NCBI GenBank assembly: GCA_045533505.1
Contig: JAZSHY010000024.1
Span: forward strand, 72,695-136,694
DNA from: Eubacteriales bacterium
GTDB taxonomy: Bacteria; Bacillota; Clostridia; Oscillospirales; CAG-272
Direction: 5' to 3'
DNA length: 64,000 bases
The translations under genes were made by a program, and so were the position numbers. The notes below the pieces were generated by a model that searched no databases, was not told where the DNA came from, and was given only the letters and a program-made list of their open reading frames with translations. Shown one piece after another: positions 38,049 through 46,147 of the stretch (within the stretch, counting starts at the first letter, position 1; every line of letters begins with the position of its first letter).

Positions 38049-38222
38049 TTAAACTGTTGGGATTTCTTGCATTGGAAAGCCTTGAATCTCGAAACCTATG
38101 GAAATCAATTTCGCCTTGAATTCATTCTCAAATTTGTTGATTTTGGTTTCATCAACGACAATAACAAGGTTTTTTCGAGCTCTTGAGCAGCCAACGTAGA
38201 ACAATTTATAAGCTGTTATCGC
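38049..38222 (-). pseudogene. 3'-terminal fragment of an SF1 helicase / UvrD_C-like ATPase gene
   Basis: The minus-strand frame reads AITAYKLFYVGCSRARKNLVIVVDETKINKFENEFKAKLISIGFEIQGFPMQEIPTV*. YVGCSRARKNLVIV resembles helicase motif VI (YVA.TRA...L.). There is no start codon or upstream domains. The region looks AT-richer by eye. Confidence 0.45.
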
Positions 38223-38257
38223 AAAAAACCACAGTCGAACACCGACTGTGGTTTTTT
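38223..38257. terminator. bidirectional hairpin (A6-stem-T6)
   Basis: AAAAAACCACAGTCGAACACCGACTGTGGTTTTTT. Confidence 0.55.
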
Positions 38258-38349
38258 CGTTATGATTGCCTTCGGTAATTTATGAGTGATGAGATGTTCG
38301 CATCGTTATGATTGCCTTTGCCAAGTTTAAGGTAAGATAGGCAATCATA
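38257..38349. repeat. 11-nt motif TATGATTGCCT as two direct copies plus one inverted copy
   Basis: Direct copies at 38261-38271 and 38307-38317 (16 nt, TCGTTATGATTGCCTT, are shared). The inverted copy AGGCAATCATA at 38339-38349 forms a 21-nt-spaced palindrome with copy 2. Confidence 0.6.
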
Positions 38350-38486
38350 TCATATCTTTTGCGACAGCAAAATTATAACGGCAAGCTGTGCGAGCCTCAT
38401 AACTCTAAACTAAAATGGTTCGATTTTGGTGGTTTTGTATTGAATGGGCCTACGCAAAAGATGAAAGGGGAGCAGTTTACGGGATA

Positions 38487-39899
38487 TTATATTTCATCAA
38501 TCTTAATCAAATTCGTGTTGCCCGAGTGACCTGTTGTATCACCGCCGGTGATGACGATTCTATCCTTTGCGGTGAGACCGAGCGCACCGGAGGCAATCTT
38601 CTTTGCCGTATAGAACAAAACATCGGTAGAGGTGAATTTTTCGCACATGGCGGGGATAACGCCCCAGGAAAGCGCGAGCTTTCGCCATGTGGTTTCATTG
38701 GTGGTAAGGCCTATGATTGGCACAGGAGAACGGAATCTGGATACCATTCTTGCCGTCATACCCGAAAGCGAGCAGGCTACGATTGCCTTAGCCTCGATAT
38801 CAATTGCCATTCCACAGGTTGAGTGCGAGATGGCGTCGGTCATATTTCTGATTTTGAAATCAGCATCATGGAAGCGTTTTTTGTAGTTGATGGTTCCTTC
38901 TGTCGTTTCGGCGATCTTCGCCATGGTTTCCACAGCTTGAATGGGATATTTGCCCGCTGCGGTTTCGCCCGAAAGCATAATGGCGCTCGTCCCGTCATAG
39001 ACGGCATTGGCGATGTCGGAGATTTCGGCTCTCGTAGGACGGGAATTCGATATCATCGACTCCAGCATTTCCGTAGCTGTAATGACTCGTTTGCCAAGCA
39101 TACGGCATTTTGTAATCAGCTTTTTCTGAATGGCAGGCAGATGCTCAAACGGAATCTCTACGCCCATATCGCCTCGCGCCACCATAATGCCGTCGCAATA
39201 TTCACAGATTTCTTCGATGTTATCTACGCCTGATTGGTTTTCAATTTTTGCAATCAGTTCAATGCCGTCCGCCCCGATTCCGCGCATGTAATTACGAACG
39301 TCGATAAGGTCCTGCTTGCAGGAAACAAAGGAGCAGGCGATATAATCCACAGAGTTCTCGACCCCCCACAGAATATCCCGCTTGTCCTGCTCGGAAAGAT
39401 ACGGCTGCTTCATTACCTTGCCGGGAAAGCTCATGCTCTTACGGTCAGAAAGCTCGCCGCCGCAGATAACCCTGCATTCGATGCTCGCGCCCTCTATCTT
39501 ATCGACCAAGAAGGTCAAAAGCCCGTTGTTCAAAAGGATGGTATCTCCCACCGAAAGCTCCTCGGGAAGGCGTGCGTAGCTGACAGAGACGCGCTCCCTG
39601 TTTCCCACGATTTCATCTGTGGTAAACGTAAAGCGATCCCCATCGGAAAGAAGGATTTTTCCGCCCTCGAAGGTTTTTATTCTGTATTCGGGCCCCTTGG
39701 TGTCCAGCATAACGGCAATCGGGAGTCTCAATTTCTCGCGAACCTTTTTTACAAGATCGATTCTTCTCTTGTGGTCGGCATGCGTATTGTGCGAGAAGTT
39801 GAGTCTTGCCACATTCATGCCCGCTTGACAAAGGCCCGTGATGACCTCCTTGGTTTCACTTGCGGGGCCGAGCGTACATACGATTTTAGTTTTTCTCAT
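38487..39899 (-). CDS. pyk: pyruvate kinase
   Basis: 470 aa. N-terminal MRKTKIVCTLGPAS, and the motifs NFSHN, MVARGDMGVEIP and TQMLESM-like (TEMLESM). Confidence 0.9.
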   Translation of the reverse strand: MRKTKIVCTLGPASETKEVITGLCQAGMNVARLNFSHNTHADHKRRIDLVKKVREKLRLPIAVMLDTKGPEYRIKTFEGGKILLSDGDRFTFTTDEIVGNRERVSVSYARLPEELSVGDTILLNNGLLTFLVDKIEGASIECRVICGGELSDRKSMSFPGKVMKQPYLSEQDKRDILWGVENSVDYIACSFVSCKQDLIDVRNYMRGIGADGIELIAKIENQSGVDNIEEICEYCDGIMVARGDMGVEIPFEHLPAIQKKLITKCRMLGKRVITATEMLESMISNSRPTRAEISDIANAVYDGTSAIMLSGETAAGKYPIQAVETMAKIAETTEGTINYKKRFHDADFKIRNMTDAISHSTCGMAIDIEAKAIVACSLSGMTARMVSRFRSPVPIIGLTTNETTWRKLALSWGVIPAMCEKFTSTDVLFYTAKKIASGALGLTAKDRIVITGGDTTGHSGNTNLIKIDEI

Positions 39900-40053
39900 T
39901 GTATATCACCCATAAATCTAAAAATAGGGCCCACCGCCTACACAAGCGGCAAGCCCTTCAATTCTTTTTACCTAATAGTAATACCGTGAAGCAAAAATGC
40001 TTTTTGCGAGGATATCGGGGGAAAGCTGTTGCTAAGTCGACAACTCCGTGAGC

Positions 40054-40082
40054 ATTATACCATAAGTCTCATTGAAATGCAA
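40054..40082 (-). promoter_or_regulatory. sigma-A promoter of pyk
   Basis: On the minus strand: TTGCAT, 17-nt spacer, TATAAT. This implies a 5' UTR of about 150 nt. Confidence 0.55.
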
Positions 40083-40234
40083 GGTGCAATTGCTATAAAA
40101 ACCCTCCATTACGGCACAAATTCGTTGTCAAATGCAAAAATACAGAGGGAAACCTATGTGGGGATCCCACTCGAAGAAGCGCAAGAGGGGGCGCATCAAG
40201 CAGCTTAGCATGCGAGTAGGCTTTCCCCTGTGCA

Positions 40235-40984
40235 TTAAAGGCGGGGGCGCCTCGTTTCAGCAGCTTTTTTTAGGTATTCTACCTCATCGCTTTCCAGATA
40301 GCGGAAACGACCTACCGAAAGATTGTTGAGCTTTATTTTGCCGATGGAAACGCGGGAAAGACGTTTTACGGTGAGGCCAACTGCGGCGCACATTTTTCGG
40401 ATCTGACGATTACGCCCCTCATAAAGCGTCATTTTCAATACAGTTCCCGTTTCGTCGGTCCCCGTGATATCGGTTTCCACGGGTTGAATGGTATAGTCGT
40501 CGATTTCTAGAGGCGAGCGCAGGGCTTTAAGTTGCTCCGGCAAAACACGGCCCGCCACCTTTACGCGGTATACCTTGGGAACGTTGTGCCCGGGGCGAAT
40601 GAGCTTGTTGGCAAGCTCGCCGTCATCTGTGAGGAGAAGGAGTCCCTCGGAGCACATATCAAGACGTCCAATAGGATAGACGCGCCCGCATTCGGGCGGA
40701 ATAAGATCAAGAACACAGCGGCGTCCACCTGGGTCGCGCGATGTGGTGATATAGCCGCGCGGCTTATTCAGCGCAAGGTAGACATGCTCTTGATTTTCAC
40801 GGGGAACAACAGGCTTGCCTCGATAAAGAACACGGTCACGCCCCGGTAAAATCTTCTGCCCAAGAATGGCAGGCTCACCGTTTACCGTAATCTCACCCGC
40901 GAGAATAGCAGCCTCTGCGGCACGGCGCGACATCAATTGACAGTCAGTAAAATATTTTTGCAGTCTAACAAGTTGTTTTTCCAT
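40235..40984 (-). CDS. rluB: rRNA pseudouridine synthase (RluB/RsuA family)
   Basis: N-terminal S4 domain and a catalytic PIGRLD motif. 249 aa. Confidence 0.85.
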   Translation of the reverse strand: MEKQLVRLQKYFTDCQLMSRRAAEAAILAGEITVNGEPAILGQKILPGRDRVLYRGKPVVPRENQEHVYLALNKPRGYITTSRDPGGRRCVLDLIPPECGRVYPIGRLDMCSEGLLLLTDDGELANKLIRPGHNVPKVYRVKVAGRVLPEQLKALRSPLEIDDYTIQPVETDITGTDETGTVLKMTLYEGRNRQIRKMCAAVGLTVKRLSRVSIGKIKLNNLSVGRFRYLESDEVEYLKKAAETRRPRL

Positions 40985-40990
40985 TTTTTG

Positions 40991-42097
40991 TTATCGTCCT
41001 AATCCGAACCGTCCTTTCGTTTTATGGGGGAGGGAAATGCTTTCTGAAAAAATAAGAGGGGAGGTTACCGAGCGGCCATCGCTGTCGGTGTAGGTTATGC
41101 TCCCTGCAATATCCCCAAGCTTTATAGGGGCAATCGGAGGAGGGAGAAGCTCAATTTTCGGTTCAGGGGATGCGGCATCGCGTGGCAATACCATATAGAT
41201 AGCATCGCGATTTACTACCCTTACGGTGGTGGCATGGTTAAAAATAGGAACCTCAAGTGAAAGGCTTCCCTGTGATGCCAAAAGGCGGTTTTCGTAAGAG
41301 TCGAAGCCGTAGTCCAGAAGCGCAGTGTGGTCATGCCAGTCTGATGGTGCATCCAGAGTAACGGCAATAAGAAGAAGCCCTTCGCGCTCTGCCGCGCTTA
41401 CGAGACAACGGCCACAGCGCTTGGTGTATCCTGTTTTGACGCCGACAGCTCCCTCGTAGAGCAGAAGCATCTTGTTGTGATTGATTAAGGTGCGAGGGTT
41501 AGCACCGTCTAAGGAAGAAAACACATAGCGCCGTGTGGAGACAATCTTGGCAAAATCCGAATTTTCAAGAGCATGAGCTGTGATAATGGCGAGCTCTCTT
41601 GCTGTTGTATAGTGCTCATCTCCATCTAGCCCGTGTGGGTTTTCAAAATGTGTGTCGGTAAGCGCGAGCTCCTTCGCTTTTTCGTTCATGCGTACTGCAA
41701 AGGCCTCCACAGTGCCGGAAACAGCAATGGCAATCACTTCGGCGGCATCGTTTGCGCTTTGAAGCAGGAGGGCATAGAGAAGGTCCTCAAGACGATAGCG
41801 ATCTCCTGCCTTCAGATAAACCGACGAGCCCTCGATACCCGTTGCTTCCTCAGGAACAGAGATAACGCTGTCTAAGGGTAAGGCTTCCAGGGCGACAAGA
41901 GCTGTCATAATTTTTGTAGTGCTTGCCATAGGGTGGCGACGGTTTGCATTCTTCTCAAAAAGCACACGCCGCGATGTCGCCTCTATGAGCACGGCACATT
42001 CGCCGGATATCGTTTCTGCAGCTTTGGCAGAAACGGCAGTAAAAGAAAAGGAAAAAAGAAGAGGGAACAGTAAGAAGAAGGAAATGGATTTTTTCAC
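40991..42097 (-). CDS. D-alanyl-D-alanine carboxypeptidase (S11, PBP5-type)
   Basis: Signal peptide; SxxK (ASTTK), SxN (QSAN) and KTG (VKTGYT). GTG 42097 lies 6 nt after AGGAGG; the track ORF starts at TTG 42103. Confidence 0.8.
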   Translation of the reverse strand: MKKSISFFLLFPLLFSFSFTAVSAKAAETISGECAVLIEATSRRVLFEKNANRRHPMASTTKIMTALVALEALPLDSVISVPEEATGIEGSSVYLKAGDRYRLEDLLYALLLQSANDAAEVIAIAVSGTVEAFAVRMNEKAKELALTDTHFENPHGLDGDEHYTTARELAIITAHALENSDFAKIVSTRRYVFSSLDGANPRTLINHNKMLLLYEGAVGVKTGYTKRCGRCLVSAAEREGLLLIAVTLDAPSDWHDHTALLDYGFDSYENRLLASQGSLSLEVPIFNHATTVRVVNRDAIYMVLPRDAASPEPKIELLPPPIAPIKLGDIAGSITYTDSDGRSVTSPLIFSESISLPHKTKGRFGLGR

Positions 42098-42179
42098 GGT
42101 CAACCTCCTGACATGTATTCAAGAGTAGTATAGCGATACAAAATCGGTGTTATCCCGTGAAAAAATTGACTTGGCTTTC

Positions 42180-42635
42180 TTATTCTTCCGTGATGTCTTC
42201 GGAATCCTCTACCTGAATATCGGCTTCGTTTGTCGCCGACTTCTTTTTGACAAAAACATCGCGAAGACGGGTTAAAATTTCGGGAGAGCGCTCAATCAAG
42301 GATGTGATTTTATCGACAGAACTGCTTTCTTCGTAGCCTGTGATGGGTAGCATTTCTACCGTTCCGCTTTCGGACACCACTAAAAAGGCAATGGGGGTGA
42401 TGTTAACACCCGTGCCGCCGCCACCACCGAAATTATTGGGCTTCGGCTGCGAATCACGCTTTTTTGCAGCATAGTCAATTCCGCCCGAAGCAAAGCCCAT
42501 GGTGATACGCGATACGGGGATAATGGTGGTTCTCCCTACCGAAATGGGTTCGCCAATCACCGTCTCTGTGCTTGTAAAATCCTTTACCTTTTCGAGCGAA
42601 GCGTTAATGATGTCACTGAATTTACTTTCGGCCAT
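42180..42635 (-). CDS. ytfJ: sporulation protein YtfJ/GerW family
   Basis: TVIGEPI...TIIPVSRI..GFASGG ... GGGGGTGVNITPIAFLVV pattern. ATG 42635 follows AAGGAGA. Confidence 0.7.
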   Translation of the reverse strand: MAESKFSDIINASLEKVKDFTSTETVIGEPISVGRTTIIPVSRITMGFASGGIDYAAKKRDSQPKPNNFGGGGGTGVNITPIAFLVVSESGTVEMLPITGYEESSSVDKITSLIERSPEILTRLRDVFVKKKSATNEADIQVEDSEDITEE

Positions 42636-42646
42636 ACGGGTTCTCC

Positions 42647-43303
42647 TTATGATGGGTTGTTGGTATGTGACTTCCGTCCGCGGCGGCGCATCCAGCGGTT
42701 GCGCGTGAGCAGGGCGGTTGAGAGCGCGGAGGTGAGAAGCGGAATCAAGAAAATAATCGGGCAAGCGATTTCAAAGCGCGCCTTTAAGGTGCTGCCGCGG
42801 TTAAGGAAATCGGCTTCCACCGAAACGGCGTGCTGCCGTGGCGGAGCGAGAAAGCCTGTATGCTCAAGGTAAGCAAGGAAATATGAGGTGGCCTGTGTAA
42901 CAACCCCGTATTCGATGGCAGCGCGCGCGGCATCGTCAAGCCCCCCTATACGAACCTCTAAGGATTTTACGTGGATGCGCACATGGCGAGTCGCCTTGTC
43001 CACAATCTTTCCGGCGGCTTCCGAGAGAATTTGTATCAAAAATCGAATGTCAGAAATGCTGAGGCTCCGTCTCTCTTTTGCTTTCTGCGCGTTTTTGATG
43101 ACATCCCCCTTTTTCTGCTTTTTTCTTCGTTTCTTCTCTTTTGTTTTGGATTTTTTTCTGCGAGGGTAGAGTGCGATTCGTATGAAGAGATATCGTGCGG
43201 AAAGAAGAATGCGTCCGTCATAAGAAAGAGAAAAAACAAGGCGCGAAAAGAGAAGGAAGAGAAGGAGTGTGGCGATTGGCAGTATGATGAACAGTGCTTT
43301 CAA
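42647..43303 (-). CDS. DUF2953-like (YtfI-like) membrane protein; start uncertain
   Basis: N-terminal TM segment followed by a Lys/Arg-rich tract (KKSKTKEKKRRKKQKK). Position upstream of ytfJ matches B. subtilis ytfI-ytfJ. TTG 43303 follows AGGAGA. The ATG 43405 alternative overlaps scpB by 71 nt (43335-43405). Confidence 0.45.
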   Translation of the reverse strand: MKALFIILPIATLLLFLLFSRLVFSLSYDGRILLSARYLFIRIALYPRRKKSKTKEKKRRKKQKKGDVIKNAQKAKERRSLSISDIRFLIQILSEAAGKIVDKATRHVRIHVKSLEVRIGGLDDAARAAIEYGVVTQATSYFLAYLEHTGFLAPPRQHAVSVEADFLNRGSTLKARFEIACPIIFLIPLLTSALSTALLTRNRWMRRRGRKSHTNNPS

Positions 43304-43334
43304 TGCTCTTCTCCTAATCGTTTTGTGAAGGTAT

Positions 43335-44078
43335 TCAGGCTTCTTCGGTATTGCTTGCTGTCGCTTCCTCGGCAGGCAAAGGGGTTTCCTCCAGCACACT
43401 GTCAATGGTAACCTGCGCTTGGTCGGTGTCGAGCATCAGCTGCTGCCCCATTCGCATCAGCATTTCAGCGCTTTCGTCAGAGTGAATGTCGGGCAGGTCG
43501 GCAAGGGATGTGAGCCCGAAGCAACGCAAAAAGTCGGGAGTTGTCCCCAGAAGCATAGGGCGCCCGGGCGCGTCAAGACGGCCCTTCGGCTCAATCAAGC
43601 CGCGCTCAAGGAGGTTGTTTACGGCATAGGAGCTGTCCACCTTTCTGACCTGCTCAATATACGAGCGTGTAACAGGCTGGTTGTAGGCGATGATGGCGAG
43701 CGTTTCAATAGAGGAATTCGAAAGGTTGCCGTTCTTTCGAATGCCAAGCGCCGCACGGATGTAGGAAAGATAAGCCGGTTTAGTGCAAAGCTGGCAATAT
43801 TCGTCAAAGGTAAGAAGAATGACGCCCCTAGAAAATTTTGCGTGGTTGTAGCGATTGGCATATTCCAGTATGCGAGCCTTCATTTCAAGAACCGGTATCT
43901 CAAAAAGCGAGGCAAGCTGGGCATAGCTTACAGCGTGTCCTGCCGCAAAGAGAATGGCCTCCACCGCTTCATCCAAATCAAAATCCTCCTGTGGAGGGGT
44001 GAGGGCTTCGTCCTCCTCAAGCTCACAGGCAGGCTTTGTAGAGGAACCTTCAACTGTCGTGGTTGTTGCTTTCTTCAT
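43335..44078 (-). CDS. scpB: segregation and condensation protein B
   Basis: ScpB winged-helix repeats (EAILFAAGHAVSY..., LAIIAYNQPVTRSYIEQVR). Follows scpA. The start is ambiguous (44078, 44099 or 44153). Confidence 0.8.
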   Translation of the reverse strand: MKKATTTTVEGSSTKPACELEEDEALTPPQEDFDLDEAVEAILFAAGHAVSYAQLASLFEIPVLEMKARILEYANRYNHAKFSRGVILLTFDEYCQLCTKPAYLSYIRAALGIRKNGNLSNSSIETLAIIAYNQPVTRSYIEQVRKVDSSYAVNNLLERGLIEPKGRLDAPGRPMLLGTTPDFLRCFGLTSLADLPDIHSDESAEMLMRMGQQLMLDTDQAQVTIDSVLEETPLPAEEATASNTEEA

Positions 44079-44865
44079 GGTCAAACTCGCTTTCTGCATG
44101 TTCGTCTGGTGCATAATCGGGGTTGATGGCGAAGCGGAGCATGAGCCCGTCATCCTGACCGTTAACGGGTGCTATTTCATCCTCAGGTGCTTCGAGTAGG
44201 ATAATTCTGTGTATCTTGATAAGTTCCAAAATGCCAAGGAAAGAGGCAATCAGCTCGGGGCGATCCTCGCAATCGGCAAGAAGGGCAAACATGGTAGCCT
44301 CCTTCTCCGATTCCAGCTTTGTCACGATGTGCTCGATTCTTTTTTCCACCGAAACGGTTTTTCGGTTTACAAGCGGCGTCAGGAGCTTTTCTTCGGTTCG
44401 GGTTTCGGCCTCGCGCATGCGGTTCAGCATGACTTGCATAGCGCGCGAAAGAAGAGCGGGATCCAGTCCGAGGGGGAAGCCCTTTTCGGGAGGGATTTCA
44501 TCGGTTTCCTTGGCAAACCTCCCGGAATAGTCCGAGTAGAGCTTGCGCATATCCTCGGCGGCGGCCTTTGCCTTTTGATAAATTTGCAGGGCGTTTTCAA
44601 GCTCCCGCTTTTTATGCTGTACCTCTTCCTCTGTCCTCGGGAGAAGAATAATGCTTTTTATAAGCAAAAGCTCACTTGCCATCACGATGAATTCGCTGGT
44701 TAAATTAAGATCCATTCGCTCGGCTTCCGCCATATAGCTTAGATATTGGTCACAGATTTCCGAAATCGGAATATCGGTGATTTTATATTTGTTCTTTCGG
44801 ATAATTTCGAGAAGAAGATCCATAGGACCCTCAAACAGGTCAAGGCGAAAGATGATTTCGTCCAT
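44050..44865 (-). CDS. scpA: segregation and condensation protein A
   Basis: N-terminus FEGPMDLLLEIIRKNK..I.DIPI is typical of ScpA. ATG 44865 follows GAGGTG. Confidence 0.85.
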   Translation of the reverse strand: MDEIIFRLDLFEGPMDLLLEIIRKNKYKITDIPISEICDQYLSYMAEAERMDLNLTSEFIVMASELLLIKSIILLPRTEEEVQHKKRELENALQIYQKAKAAAEDMRKLYSDYSGRFAKETDEIPPEKGFPLGLDPALLSRAMQVMLNRMREAETRTEEKLLTPLVNRKTVSVEKRIEHIVTKLESEKEATMFALLADCEDRPELIASFLGILELIKIHRIILLEAPEDEIAPVNGQDDGLMLRFAINPDYAPDEHAESEFDHEESNNHDS

Positions 44866-44884
44866 GATAGGCACCTCGGTGTGT

Positions 44885-45544
44885 TTAGAAAATCGGTTCA
44901 AAAAGCGCGCACATACCGCCTGAGAGCCAAGTGGCAAGCCGAGAAAGCGGAGAAGTCAGAATGCCAAAGAAAAGCAAGAGCATAAGGATGAGTGAAATAT
45001 AAGGCTCATATCTTGCCACCTTTTCATAGATGGGGGCGGGAAGCAGGGGGAGAATAAAGCGAGAGCCGTCAAGCGGTGGAATCGGCAGGCAGTTAAAAAG
45101 ACCAAGGGTTAAATTGCAGAAATGGAAAATATAAAGAAAAGCTAAGGTGTATTGAAGGAAAAGAGAGGCAAAGCGGGGAAGCTCTGCGCGAGGCAAAACA
45201 GTAGCAAGAAGTGCGCCAAAGGCCACATAGAGAAAGGCGCCGAGAAAGGCAAGCATGAAATTGGAAAGAGGCCCGCAAAGTGCGGTAATGGCCATATCGC
45301 GGCGCGGATGCTTAAAATAGCGCGCATTGATGGGAACGGGCTTTGCCCACCCAAAGCGAAAAAAGATCATACAAAGGGCGCCGACGAGGTCAATGTGATG
45401 CAGGGGGTTGAGCGAGAGGCGCCCGAGGCTTCTTGCGGTGGGATCGCCAAGCTTATAGGCGGCATAGCCGTGGGCGCACTCATGAACCGTCAGCGCGATA
45501 AGCGCTGCAGGGACGGTAAGAAGAGTGGTAATTATATTATTCAT
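44885..45544 (-). CDS. site-2 protease family (M50) membrane metalloprotease
   Basis: HECAHG (HExxH) inside a TM helix, with multiple TM segments. 219 aa. Confidence 0.7.
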   Translation of the reverse strand: MNNIITTLLTVPAALIALTVHECAHGYAAYKLGDPTARSLGRLSLNPLHHIDLVGALCMIFFRFGWAKPVPINARYFKHPRRDMAITALCGPLSNFMLAFLGAFLYVAFGALLATVLPRAELPRFASLFLQYTLAFLYIFHFCNLTLGLFNCLPIPPLDGSRFILPLLPAPIYEKVARYEPYISLILMLLLFFGILTSPLSRLATWLSGGMCALFEPIF

Positions 45545-45547
45545 ACA

Positions 45548-46147
45548 TCACGATAGGTTGGCGGCGGCCAGGATAGAGGAGAGAAGAGCCTCCCTTCCCG
45601 TACCGTTTTGAGAAGAGAACGGGATAACCGTAACAGAGGGATAGGAAACGCAAAGCTTGTCCTTTGCCGTAGCAACGGCGGACTTCGAGAGCTTGTCTGC
45701 CTTGGAGGCGACAATCAAGAAGGGGATGTTCGCTTCCGAGAGAAAGCGCAGCATCATGGCATCATCCTCGGTTGGCCCGATACGAATATCCACCAATTGT
45801 ACCACAAGGCGGAGTTTTTCGAGATGGGGATTCCTTATGAAATATCCATCGGTTAGACGGCTAAAGGCCAGCCGTTCGGCTTCGGAACGCTTGGCAAAGC
45901 CGTAGCCGGGTAGGTCGACAAAATAGAGTGTCTTATCCACATCGTAAAAATTGATGGTAACGGTTTTGCCGGGAGAGCTGCTGACTCTTGCCAGAGCTTT
46001 GCGCCCTAAAAGGGTGTTGATCAGCGAGCTCTTTCCCACATTGGAACGTCCCGAAAAGGCAATTTGGGGGCGTTCGTCCGCGGGGAACTGCGAGGGGTGC
46101 CCTGCTGATATTTTAATTTCTGTCGAAGGAAAATGAATCGTGCTCAT
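45548..46147 (-). CDS. engB: ribosome biogenesis GTPase YsxC/EngB
   Basis: G1 GRSNVGKSS, G3 DLPGYG, G4 SKADK. Start overlaps the lon stop, matching the lon-ysxC synteny of Bacillus. Confidence 0.9.
   Translation of the reverse strand: MSTIHFPSTEIKISAGHPSQFPADERPQIAFSGRSNVGKSSLINTLLGRKALARVSSSPGKTVTINFYDVDKTLYFVDLPGYGFAKRSEAERLAFSRLTDGYFIRNPHLEKLRLVVQLVDIRIGPTEDDAMMLRFLSEANIPFLIVASKADKLSKSAVATAKDKLCVSYPSVTVIPFSSQNGTGREALLSSILAAANLS

Noticed and set aside
38417-38425. GGTTCGATT downstream of tmRNA is identical to part of the tmRNA T-arm (37896-37904). I considered it as a possible attR copy.
   Set aside because: Only 9 nt match and the flanks diverge immediately. That is too short to distinguish from chance without comparative data.
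40132-40329. A 65-aa basic ORF (+) in the pyk-rluB spacer that overlaps the rluB 3' end.
   Set aside because: It has no RBS and overlaps the end of a well-supported gene on the other strand. The composition is Lys/Arg/Gly-rich and lacks motifs.
42971-43411. ORFs on the plus strand opposite the DUF2953-like gene, encoding F/L/S-rich peptides.
   Set aside because: They are the mirror image of the Lys/Arg-rich AAG/AAA tract on the coding strand, so this is an antisense artefact.
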